In this document: piece by piece, positions 40,532 through 48,973 of the stretch
Layout: every line of letters starts with the position of its first letter
Position numbering within the stretch: position 1 is the stretch's first letter
NCBI GenBank assembly: GCA_965229645.1
Contig: OZ245893.1
Location: 770,529 to 834,528, forward strand
Direction of reading: 5' to 3'
Length of the DNA stretch: 64,000 bases
DNA from: Alphaproteobacteria bacterium
GTDB taxonomy: Bacteria; Pseudomonadota; Alphaproteobacteria; UBA7985
The notes under the pieces: model-generated
The model's database searches: none
Told to the model about the DNA's origin: nothing
Seen by the model: only the letters and a program-made list of their open reading frames with translations
Made by a program: the position numbers and the translations under genes

Positions 40532-41644
40532 ATGGGCAGAGATGACCAGCTAATAGTGATTTCAAAACACTATGACAATTTCAAAAATTACGCCCTGGCT
40601 AGTGACGCCTACAAGTATATCGCTTTTTCTGGAAGTCCTATTCTAACAGAAAAAATTTGGGTTAGGGGAGCTGAAACGGGCAGAAGCAGTAAACAATTTA
40701 TGTCTTCATTGACGATAGGAGACATCGGCATTTACGATAAAGGCAGATTCCAGATATTCTTTAACCAACCGTCGATGTTATCTCAGCAATGGAGTTACTT
40801 GCCGAATGTTACTGTTCTAGCGCCCAACTTACACTCATATCAGCAAGCCGCAGACAAATTTAACTTCTACAGCTGGATAGTCAAGTATGGAAATTCAGCG
40901 ATTAAAGAAGTAATGCTAAATCAAATTTCACAATTTAACATCCATTTCAGAGTAGGTAGACCAAAGCCAAATGACAGAAAAATAAGCTCATCTCAAAAGG
41001 GAGAAGGGGGAAGTTCCTATCAATCAAGTGCTCCTAAAGACTGTGATAGTGTATATAGAACATCAAGTTTCTGCAACTACGAGGTTGGTCTAATAATGCA
41101 ATCAGTAGCATATCAAGATGGATGTATTCATGGACCTGTAGGTAGAGTTTGGAGTGGACATGAAGAAAACCCCTACAGGAATAGCTGCATATATTATGAC
41201 CCGAATGTAGAGAATATGATTGATTTAGATAGAATGTATCAGCTTCAAACCGATGTATTCTGCCTCTTAAGAGAAATGAAGTTCACTGGCGCATTCAGCA
41301 CTGATTGGCTTTATACAACAAACGGAGGAAAATTCTATTTTCTCGAAGTCAATCCAAGATTTTCAAGCGACGTGTGCTTGTTTGATCAAAGCTACAAAAA
41401 CAATGGAATTCAAAATCAAATTGCGGTTAATCATCAAATGTCGACATCTGAGAGTTTCCTAGGGAGGCGTATTGAGATAGTGAGTTTTTGTGAGTTTGGT
41501 GGCAGTGAAGAGTTTCGAGCATACTTTCCGCTGGAGAGGACACATGAAAACCATAATTTTGCACTTAATATGTCTCGGAGAGTTCCAGAGTACCTCCTGG
41601 ATTTTCATACAAACCATATGCTTCTCCATTTATCTGAAACTTGA
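40532..41644 (+). CDS. ATP-grasp-like protein, low GC (function unknown)
   Basis: 370 aa. GKFYFLEVNPRFSSD resembles the ATP-grasp E-x-N motif region. Strongly AT-rich. Starts 26 bp after the integrase stop. Confidence 0.45.
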   Translation: MGRDDQLIVISKHYDNFKNYALASDAYKYIAFSGSPILTEKIWVRGAETGRSSKQFMSSLTIGDIGIYDKGRFQIFFNQPSMLSQQWSYLPNVTVLAPNLHSYQQAADKFNFYSWIVKYGNSAIKEVMLNQISQFNIHFRVGRPKPNDRKISSSQKGEGGSSYQSSAPKDCDSVYRTSSFCNYEVGLIMQSVAYQDGCIHGPVGRVWSGHEENPYRNSCIYYDPNVENMIDLDRMYQLQTDVFCLLREMKFTGAFSTDWLYTTNGGKFYFLEVNPRFSSDVCLFDQSYKNNGIQNQIAVNHQMSTSESFLGRRIEIVSFCEFGGSEEFRAYFPLERTHENHNFALNMSRRVPEYLLDFHTNHMLLHLSET

Positions 41645-42998
41645 TTTGTGAAGTTTCTATCAATTTCATCTCTCTGTTTCTCAAATTATGTATTTCTATC
41701 TGCAGTTGAAGTTCTTCAGCCTGATCTTTCAATTTCTCTAACGTTGAATAGTTAAGTGAATCAACAACTTCTGTTGTCATTTCGCTTAGCTGATCAAGGA
41801 GTTCATTAATGTCTAAGTGAATTGTCGACGCTCCTAACACAGAAGAGGCAACCCAAGCCCAGCGAAGTGCATATGCCAACTTCATGGCTCTTCTGAAGAC
41901 TATGCTTCCTTCATATATTTCAGAACTTTGAATCGATTGATATTTTATACAGCTATCAATTGCACTAATTATTTGTGCACACTTTTTCCAGTCTTCAGGG
42001 GAGGCTAAATTGGCGGAGCCAAACCGTACGTGTAAAATGACCTCTCCCCAATACAGTGCTTCCAATTCAGCGCCTGCACGTTTTGCCCTGGAAAAAATCA
42101 CCCCAGGGATTTTTCCCTCTTGATTGCCACTTATGCTTAAGGAGTCTTTTAATAGAGGAGCGAGAATTTGTTTAGCTTTAACATTATCTCGAAGTGACTT
42201 TATAATATTGATTGATTGATCTAATCGATATAGCAGGTCTTGCGATTGCAGCCTATCCAATAAATCCTTAATCCAAGCAAAATTGATTTCGGATTGCTCA
42301 AGTTCAGAAATTCTAATTGACAAGTTTATTTTTTGGAAAAAATCAAGATTTTCGGAGTTTATAAAATTTTGCAAAACTTCGATTAATTTTTCTTTGGAGT
42401 GTATATTTTGGGAGTCATTTGGTTCATTCAAACTGGAAATCTCAAATGATGAAACGCTTCCTAAAAAATCTCTTGGTCCAATTATATAGGACAAATTTTC
42501 CAATGAGATCTCCAGTGACTCGATCACCGTATTGTCCAAAATCAATGCAGTTGCAGATACAGACCTGAGGTCAAGTTTGTTAAATCTGCAACTCCTAAAC
42601 AAACTATCCTCGAGACCGTTTGATGTCATATCTATGTCATTAAACTTACATCTCTCATATATAGTTTCGCGCATATTGCTATGTTTGTAACGAATCCGAC
42701 CCTCACCTAAGAAGTCACAGTCGCTAAATCGTGCTCCAAAAAAGCTGCAGTCTCTTATTTCTGTATCATCAGTAAAAATGAAATCGCAACTCTCAAATAT
42801 TGAGAAAACAAAGTTGCAGTTAACAAATTTACAATCTATAAACTTGCATTTTATGTATGTAGTAAGGCGTGCCTCAATACGCCGGAAATCGATATTCGGG
42901 AAAGTATATCCGACAAATGATTGATAGGATACTGTTCTGCGAAATAGAGATTCCTTCCAAACCAGATCAGTTTCAGGCACGCTCGTTAGATCATTCAT
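41565..42998 (-). CDS. Pentapeptide-repeat protein with a C-terminal coiled-coil-rich domain of unknown function, low GC
   Basis: N-terminal runs of CKFIDCKFVNCNFVFSIFESCDFIFTDD...CSFFGARFSDCDF...CKFNDIDM...CRFNKLDL (A(D/N)LXX-type pentapeptide repeats). 477 aa. Convergent with the ATP-grasp gene; their 3' ends overlap by 80 bp. Confidence 0.6.
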   Translation of the reverse strand: MNDLTSVPETDLVWKESLFRRTVSYQSFVGYTFPNIDFRRIEARLTTYIKCKFIDCKFVNCNFVFSIFESCDFIFTDDTEIRDCSFFGARFSDCDFLGEGRIRYKHSNMRETIYERCKFNDIDMTSNGLEDSLFRSCRFNKLDLRSVSATALILDNTVIESLEISLENLSYIIGPRDFLGSVSSFEISSLNEPNDSQNIHSKEKLIEVLQNFINSENLDFFQKINLSIRISELEQSEINFAWIKDLLDRLQSQDLLYRLDQSINIIKSLRDNVKAKQILAPLLKDSLSISGNQEGKIPGVIFSRAKRAGAELEALYWGEVILHVRFGSANLASPEDWKKCAQIISAIDSCIKYQSIQSSEIYEGSIVFRRAMKLAYALRWAWVASSVLGASTIHLDINELLDQLSEMTTEVVDSLNYSTLEKLKDQAEELQLQIEIHNLRNREMKLIETSQIKFQINGEAYGLYENPGGTLELSETY

Positions 42999-43242
42999 AA
43001 TTCTTTGTTATCGCTAAATTTCGTTTCGGTTAGCATGGCTGGGTCGACTTTGCAACCTACGAGTGATGACTGATTTTCGCAGTGTACCACCTCTGTTCCT
43101 GAAACGCACAATAGCGCTTCACTGGGGAAGGTCAACATATCCAGTTTAACTGCAAATTTAGAGACCGTGTCCAAGTACAGATCATACTCACGGCTAAGGA
43201 GAGGAGTTCGACTTTGCGGGGTGGAGCCTTCCGTTTTTTTGT

Positions 43243-44010
43243 CTGGTGTTCCGTGATGGATGCTGCGACTGCGCGCAGCATGACATCGGAAGGGGTGTCG
43301 GGGTTTCGGAACACCGTCATCCAGCGCGTTGCGAAGCGATGTCGCAGGGTCCAGCGCCCGCCGTTTTCAGCCTGGGTGGAACTTGGTGACACAGAGCAGA
43401 ACAGGCATCGCGCGGTCGGCACCGTCTGCTCTTGTGGCCTGTGTTCCGTGATGGATGCTGCGACTGCGCGCAGCATGACATCGGAAGGGGTGTCGGGGTT
43501 TCCGAACACCGTCGTCCAGCGCTTCGCGACGCGACTTCGCGGATCCAGCGCCTGCCGTTTTCAGCCTGGGCGGAACTTGGTGACATAAAGCAGAACGGGC
43601 AAGGCGCGGTCGGCACAGTCTGCTCTTGTGGTCGGTGTTCCGTGATCGATGCTGCGACTGCGCGCAGCATGACATCGGAAGGGGTGTCGGGGTTTCCGAA
43701 CACCGTCGTCCAGCGCGTCGCGACGCGATGTCGCGGATCCGGCGCCTGCCGTTTTCAGCCTGGGTTTAACTTGGTGACATAGAGCGGAGCAGGCAAGGCG
43801 CGGTCGGCACCGTCTGCTCTTGTGGCCTGTGTTCCGTGATGGATGCTGCGACTGCGCGCAGCATGACCTCGGAAGGGGTGTCGGGTTTCGGAACACCGTT
43901 ATCCAGCGCGTCGCGACGCGACGTCGCAGGATCCAACGCCTGCCGTTTTCAGCTTGGACAGAACGTGGTGACATATAGCCGAACGGGCAAGGCGCGGTCG
44001 GCACCATCCG
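43243..44010. repeat. Tandem array 1 of a ~192-198-bp high-GC nested-palindrome repeat (4 units)
   Basis: Units start at 43243, 43441, 43633 and 43829. Core is GTGTTCCG-TGATGG-ATGCTGCG-actgcg-CGCAGCAT-...-CGGAACAC, followed by a conserved segment with the CGTCGCGACG / GCGACGTCGC palindromes. Confidence 0.85.
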
Positions 44011-44254
44011 TTCGTAGGGTCAGCGTGCTGGGGTGGATGTGGCGGGGCCAAGCAGCGCTTTGTTATTTGACTTCGACCCTGGGATGGAACAGCAGGGCGA
44101 TGGGAATATCCAACGCCGACGGAGCATTCGATGGACCGACGCGAGCAGGCCGCCTGCGTTCGCCAGTACTTTGAGTATTTGACCGCTTCCAATTAAGCTG
44201 CGATCCTCGACTTGTTCGATCCCGATGGGGATGTCGATTCTCCCTATCTGGACA
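44003..44254 (+). repeat. Copy 1 of a ~255-bp segmental duplication (array terminus plus decayed 5' part of a small SnoaL-like ORF); copy 2 at 47343..47605
   Basis: Collinear near-identity with 47343-47605. The small ORF is interrupted here by TAA (..FEYLTASN*) but is intact in copy 2. Confidence 0.7.
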
Positions 44255-44296
44255 GGATGCGCGCTTGCGAATTCTTCGCCAAACTCGCCGAGGCCT

Positions 44297-44697
44297 CGCA
44301 GCCTAACACGATCCTGTTCGACCACGAATGCGCGCGCGCCTACGCCTGGCAAACGATCCGGGAACGGGGCATCACGCTGGCCTTCTCAACGGACTGGCCC
44401 GTCGTGCCCGTCCATGTACTGGCGAACATCCAAAGCGCGGTCGCCCCCTTGGACTTGGGGCCTGGATGGCCCGATCAGCGCCAATCGCTCATGGATACCT
44501 TGCGCAGCTACACGGCCATGAACGCCTGGCTCGGCTTTCAGGAAGCCCACACGGGCCAGATTCGGCAGGGCTTGGCGGCGGACCTGGTGGTCTTGGACGG
44601 TTCGATTGAAGACACGGCCCCGACGCAGATCGGCGATCTCGGCGTTGCGTTGACCTTATGCGATGGTCAGGTGACTTATGATGGGGGAAGGTTTTGA
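44297..44697 (+). pseudogene. Displaced duplicate of the amidohydrolase 3' end (right att-like repeat), fused in frame to a SnoaL-like leader fragment (chimeric ORF 44212..44697)
   Basis: ..QPNTILFDHECARAYAWQTIRERGITLAFSTDWPVVPVHVLANIQSAVAPLDLGPGWPDQRQSL.. is near-identical to residues encoded at 38773-39175. It lacks the N-terminal ~420 aa. Confidence 0.7.
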
Positions 44698-44756
44698 TAC
44701 TCACGAGAACATGAGTTAGGCTACCCACACCCTCGACGTCCGCCCCCTGCCCGACG

Positions 44757-45690
44757 TCATCCAGCGCGGAGCGAAGCGAAGTCGCAGGATCCATCACCCG
44801 CTGTTTCCCCTGAAACGGAACGCGGCCACAAGGAGAGAAGCACGCAACCCAAGAGTCGGTCCCGTCCGCTTTCGCGACAGACGTTCAGTGATGGATGCTG
44901 CGACTGCGCGCAGCATGACATCGGAAGGGGGTGTTGGGGTTTCGGAACACCGTAATCCAGCGCTTCGCGACGCGACGTCGCAGGATCCAGCGCCTGCCGT
45001 TTTGAGCCTGGGCGGAACGTGGTGACACAGAGCAGAACAGGCATCGCGCGGTCGGCACCGTCTGCTCTTGTGGTCGGTGTTCCGTGATGGATGCTGCGAC
45101 TGCGCGCAGCATGACGTCGGAAGGGGTGTCGGGGTTTTGGAACACCGTCATTCAGCGCGTCGCGACGCGACGTTGCAGGGTCCATGGCCTGCTGTTTCGT
45201 CCTAGGCTGAACGTGGTGACATAGAGCGGAACGGGCAAGGAGTGGTCGGTACCGTTTGCTGTTGTGGTCGGTGTTCCGTGATGGATGCTGCGACTGCGCG
45301 CAGCATGACACCAGGAGGGGCGTCGGGGTTTCGGAACACCGTAATCCAGCGCTTCGCGACGCGACGTCGCAGGATCCAGCGCCTGCTGTTTTGAGCCTGG
45401 GCGGAACGTGGTGACAAAGAGCGGAACAGGCAAGGCGCGGTCGGTACCGTCCGTTCTTGTGGCCTGTGTTCCGTGATGGATGCTGCGACTGCGCGCAGCA
45501 TGACATCGGAAGGGGGTGTTGGGACTCTGAACCAGCGTCATCCGGCGCGGAGCGAAGCGAAGTCGCAGGGTCCATCACCTGCTGTTTTCAGCCTGGGCGG
45601 AACTTGGTGACATAAAGCGGAACGGGCAAGGCGCGGTCGGCACTGTCCGCGCTTGTGGCCAGTGGTCCGTGATGGATGCTGCGATTGTTT
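44757..45690. repeat. Tandem array 2 of the ~195-bp nested-palindrome repeat (~5 units, last truncated)
   Basis: Same core GTGATGGATGCTGCGACTGCGCGCAGCATGAC recurring at ~44888, 45084, 45279, 45473 and 45668. Confidence 0.85.
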
Positions 45691-45797
45691 TGTGATGCGG
45701 ACGTTCCTTGCGCCTTTGGGGATTGGAGCCCGCTTGCAAACCGCAGCCGTGGCCCTACACCAGATCCAACAAGAATTTTTCGCAATAGGGTTTGTCC

Positions 45798-46166
45798 CTA
45801 TCGAGCCATCCAGCCTCTATCGGCGGCCAGAGCCCGCAACCGCTTTGCCCTTATTGTGACTTGATTATTGGTTAGGCCCGAAAAATCAATAAGAAAGTGG
45901 GCAGGATTTTCAGGGACAGGATCCGCCTCAAATGGCAAATCAAGACGACGATATTCCTCCTCACTAAGACTCTGAACGCCGATACTATCGAAACCACGCG
46001 CGAGAAAATTAGCCAAACTGCCTTGAGCAGAAACCAAGGCTTCATGATCTACCGACAAGCATGATTGGTTTTTGAGCATAGGTTTGAACGCAAGGCTCAT
46101 AACCCTTCCATCTTTTTCATGATCGGCGCAAATATTCCTCATAAGACACTTCTTCCCAGCATTCAT
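45798..46166 (-). CDS. Hypothetical protein (122 aa), lower GC, second gene of a two-gene cassette
   Basis: ATGA overlap with the upstream ORF at 46163-46166. No recognisable motif. Confidence 0.4.
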   Translation of the reverse strand: MNAGKKCLMRNICADHEKDGRVMSLAFKPMLKNQSCLSVDHEALVSAQGSLANFLARGFDSIGVQSLSEEEYRRLDLPFEADPVPENPAHFLIDFSGLTNNQVTIRAKRLRALAADRGWMAR

Positions 46167-46654
46167 CGTGAGTTAAAGCGTAAAGGTGAACTACGAATTT
46201 TCTCAACTGAGTGCTTGAGCAGTTGAGCATCTGGATTTTTCAATGATGTTTCTGTTTCATGATTTGAAGATAAGTCGATTCCACACATATCAACATCTCC
46301 AGAATCTAAAAATTCAATCGAGAAATCCCATCCATTTTCCTGAAATTCAAAATGAATATCCCCGTCTGGAGTCGAGGCCACACACAAATTTTGTGGCAGA
46401 GATCGCGCTGTGTAGAGGAAGAACAAACTCTTACTAAGAGTTAACTTCCTCGGCGCTTTTCCAACGCCATTGTGCCAACCCTTGGGCAAGTTACCATAGC
46501 TTTGAATTTTTTTTGTTGGCTCACTCAAAGGATGTTGGGGATCTTGTGATCTTAGCTCTTCAACGACCCACGGATCCATTCTGTTTCGTTGCGCTTGTGT
46601 CGCACGCGAAACGCTTTGTGGGTCATATGTGCTTTGATGGACTTGGGCGTTCAT
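46163..46654 (-). CDS. Hypothetical protein (~163 aa), lower GC, first gene of a two-gene cassette
   Basis: Start taken at MNAQVHQ. The ORF-track N-extension runs into the LysR-fragment scar and is rejected. No recognisable motif. Confidence 0.4.
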   Translation of the reverse strand: MNAQVHQSTYDPQSVSRATQAQRNRMDPWVVEELRSQDPQHPLSEPTKKIQSYGNLPKGWHNGVGKAPRKLTLSKSLFFLYTARSLPQNLCVASTPDGDIHFEFQENGWDFSIEFLDSGDVDMCGIDLSSNHETETSLKNPDAQLLKHSVEKIRSSPLRFNSR

Positions 46655-46702
46655 TGAACTTGTATGGCATATGGGAAGCAAGCGGTCAATTCGGGGGACA
46701 AA

Positions 46703-46758
46703 AGACGTACCTCCACGCCCTTCTCCAGCAAACTTGTGCCGACGCAGGGCGCATCTGA
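46703..46758 (+). pseudogene. Fragment duplicating the last ~17 codons of the LysR gene at 50929..50981
   Basis: ACGTACCTCCACGCCCTTCTCCAGCAAACTTGTGCCGA(C/T)GCA(G/A)GG is shared; it encodes ..TYLHALLQQTCADA.. in both places. Confidence 0.6.
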
Positions 46759-46825
46759 TTGGATGGAGCCATTGCCGCGAGCCGCGGACCACGCTCAAGC
46801 GCCCCGCGTTCAGCTTGACATCTTG

Positions 46826-47345
46826 GGGGGTGTCGGGACTCTAAAACACCGTCATCCAGCGCGTCGCGACGCGACGTCGCGGGATTCAGCGTCTGCCGTT
46901 TTCAGCCTGGGTTGAACTTGGTGACGTAGAGCGGAGCAGGCAAGGCACGGTCGGCGCCGTCCGTTCTTGTGGCCTGTGTTCCGTGATGGATGCTGCGACT
47001 GCGCGCAGCATGACATCGGAAGGAACGTCGGGTTTCGGAACACCGTCGTCCAGCGCGTCGCGACGCGACGTCGCAGGGTCCAGCGCCTGCCGTTTTCAGC
47101 CTGGGCGGAACGTGCTGACATAGAGCCGAACGGGCAAGGCATGGTCGGCGCCGTCCGTTCTTGTGGCCTGTGTTCCGTGATGGATGCTGCGACTGCGCGC
47201 AGCATGACGTCGGGAGGGGTGTCGGGGTTTCGGAACACCGTCGTCTGGCGCGTTGCGACGCGACGTCGCAGGGTCCATCGGCTGCTGTTTCGTCCTGGGC
47301 GGAACGTGGTGACATCGAGCGGAACGGGCAACGCACGCTCAGCAC
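46826..47345. repeat. Tandem array 3 of the ~195-bp nested-palindrome repeat (~2.5 units)
   Basis: Cores at ~46981 and 47175. Array ends in the same terminal segment as array 1 and runs into segmental-duplication copy 2. Confidence 0.85.
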
Positions 47346-47471
47346 CATCCGTTCGTAGGGTCAGCGTGCTGGGGTGGATGTGGCGGGGCCAAGCAGCGCT
47401 TTCTTATTTGACTTCGACCCTTGGATGGAACAGCAGAGCGATGGGACTATCCAACGCCGAAGGAGCAGTCG

Positions 47472-47621
47472 ATGAACCAACGCGATCATGCCGTCTGCGT
47501 TCGCCACTACTTTGAGTATTTGACCGCCTCCAACTACGCTACGATCCTCGACTTGTTCGATCCCGATGGGGAGGTCGATTCTCCCTATCTGGGCAGGATG
47601 CGCGCGCTTACCTTGCCATGA
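47472..47621 (+). CDS. Small SnoaL/NTF2-like fragment protein (49 aa), translationally coupled to the FAD monooxygenase
   Basis: MNQRDHAVCVRHYFEYLTASNYATILDLFDPDGEVDSPYLGRMRALTLP. Stop overlaps the monooxygenase ATG (ATGA at 47618-47621). A degenerate copy is at 44108-44175. Confidence 0.35.
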   Translation: MNQRDHAVCVRHYFEYLTASNYATILDLFDPDGEVDSPYLGRMRALTLP

Positions 47622-48865
47622 CCCTCCTCATCTGCGGGGCGGGAATCGCTGGCTTGACCATGGGACTGACGCTGCATCAGATCGAGGTGCCGTTTCAAAT
47701 CTTTGAAACCGTGTCGCGGCCCAAACCCTTAGGCGTTGGGATCAACTTGCAGCCGCCCGCCGTCCGAGAACTCTATGCACTGGGACTGGAGGAAGCTCTG
47801 GATCGGATCGGCGTGCAGACCCGCGACTATGGGTTTTATACGCGCACCGGCCTTGAGATATGGACCGAACCGCGCGGGCGTCGGGCTGGATACAAATGGC
47901 CGCAATATTCCGTGCATCGAGGGCACTTGCAGATGGCGCTGCTCGCCGCCTTGCGTGCGCGTTGTGGCGAAGACTGCCTTAGGTTCGGCGCGAAAGTGCT
48001 GGGTTACGAAAACACCAGGGACGGCGTCAGGTTGCGCTACGAGATGGGTGGGACGACCTGGTGGGCGACGGGTCCTATGGTGGTCGGTGCTGACGGCATT
48101 CATTCGGCGATACGGGCGCGCATGTATCCGAACGAAGGGCCGCCCGTTTGGGGCGGCGCGCTCATGTGGCGGGGGACGTCGCAGGCCAAGCCGTTTTTGA
48201 GTGGCGCATCGATGATCTTAGCGGGCAACGACAGGCAGCGCTTTGTTTCCTATCCCATTTCCAAACCGGACCCCGAAACCGGCCTCTCGACCCTCAACTG
48301 GATTGCGGAAACAACTCCCAACGCCTCGACGCCCATCGATCGAGGGGATTGGAACCGCCGCGTCGAGTCTTCTCGATTTGCGTCGGATTTTGCCGATTGG
48401 GATTTTGGCTGGATCGACGTTCCAGGCTTGATCGGGTCGGCCGCCGAGGTTTTTGAGTACCCCATGGTGGACCGCGAACCGGTCGAGAGCTGGACCGACG
48501 GTAACGTTACGCTGATCGGCGACGCGGCCCATGCGACCTATCCCGTTGGCTCAAGCGGCGCGAGCCAGGCTATTGTCGATGCGCGGATCCTCGGCGCTGA
48601 GATCAGGACCCATGGCCCTGGGGCCGACGCCGCGCACGCCTATGAGGCCCGCGTGCGCCCCATGGCCAACAAAGTAACCCTCGCCAATCGCGGCACCGGA
48701 GGGCCAGATGCGATCATGCAGCTTGCCGAAGACCGATGCGCAGGCGATTTCAGCCGCCTCGACGCCGCCCTGCCCACGGCGGAGCGCGCGGCCCATGCGG
48801 CTGCCTTCAAGAAAATCGCGGGGCTCAGCGTTGAGGAGACAAATCGCACGAATGGCCTATTGTGA
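47618..48865 (+). CDS. FAD-dependent aromatic-ring monooxygenase (salicylate/3-hydroxybenzoate hydroxylase-like)
   Basis: N-terminal LICGAGIAGLTMGL, a GADGIHSAIR block and a DAAH-containing C-terminal motif (GDAAHATYP). Confidence 0.75.
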   Translation: MTLLICGAGIAGLTMGLTLHQIEVPFQIFETVSRPKPLGVGINLQPPAVRELYALGLEEALDRIGVQTRDYGFYTRTGLEIWTEPRGRRAGYKWPQYSVHRGHLQMALLAALRARCGEDCLRFGAKVLGYENTRDGVRLRYEMGGTTWWATGPMVVGADGIHSAIRARMYPNEGPPVWGGALMWRGTSQAKPFLSGASMILAGNDRQRFVSYPISKPDPETGLSTLNWIAETTPNASTPIDRGDWNRRVESSRFASDFADWDFGWIDVPGLIGSAAEVFEYPMVDREPVESWTDGNVTLIGDAAHATYPVGSSGASQAIVDARILGAEIRTHGPGADAAHAYEARVRPMANKVTLANRGTGGPDAIMQLAEDRCAGDFSRLDAALPTAERAAHAAAFKKIAGLSVEETNRTNGLL

Positions 48866-48973
48866 GTGTCCGTAACCTACGCGATCAGGTCTCAACTTAG
48901 GCCGTATCTGGTTGATCTGGCAGCATGGGGCACTCGGGCGCGTTGGTGGCGGAGGACCACTTGTACGCTTTCC

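Noticed and set aside
43214-43588. Repeat-encoded ORF (TTG start after AAGGAGAGG) as a multi-core precursor peptide for the adjacent ATP-grasp enzyme (graspetide-like)
   Set aside because: Unit lengths (198/192/196 bp) do not preserve frame along the arrays. The repeats are high-GC native-type DNA that also occurs far from the ATP-grasp gene (7993, 59956). Equivalent ORFs exist on both strands. Kept only as a long shot.
44757-45578. 273-aa minus-strand ORF across array 2 as a repetitive protein
   Set aside because: Produced by the DNA periodicity only. The frame is broken between units in the other arrays and it has no start context.
43243-47345. Tandem repeat arrays considered as CRISPR arrays
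   Set aside because: Repeat period is ~195 bp and the sequence between cores is itself conserved between units. There are no unique spacers and no cas genes in the window.
43243-47345. Arrays considered as integron cassettes (attC sites) downstream of the integrase
   Set aside because: The palindromic cores are GTGTTCCG/CGGAACAC, not the RYYYAAC...GTTRRRY attC cores. No ORFs sit between repeats. The integrase is co-oriented with, not divergent from, the array. Not excluded with certainty.
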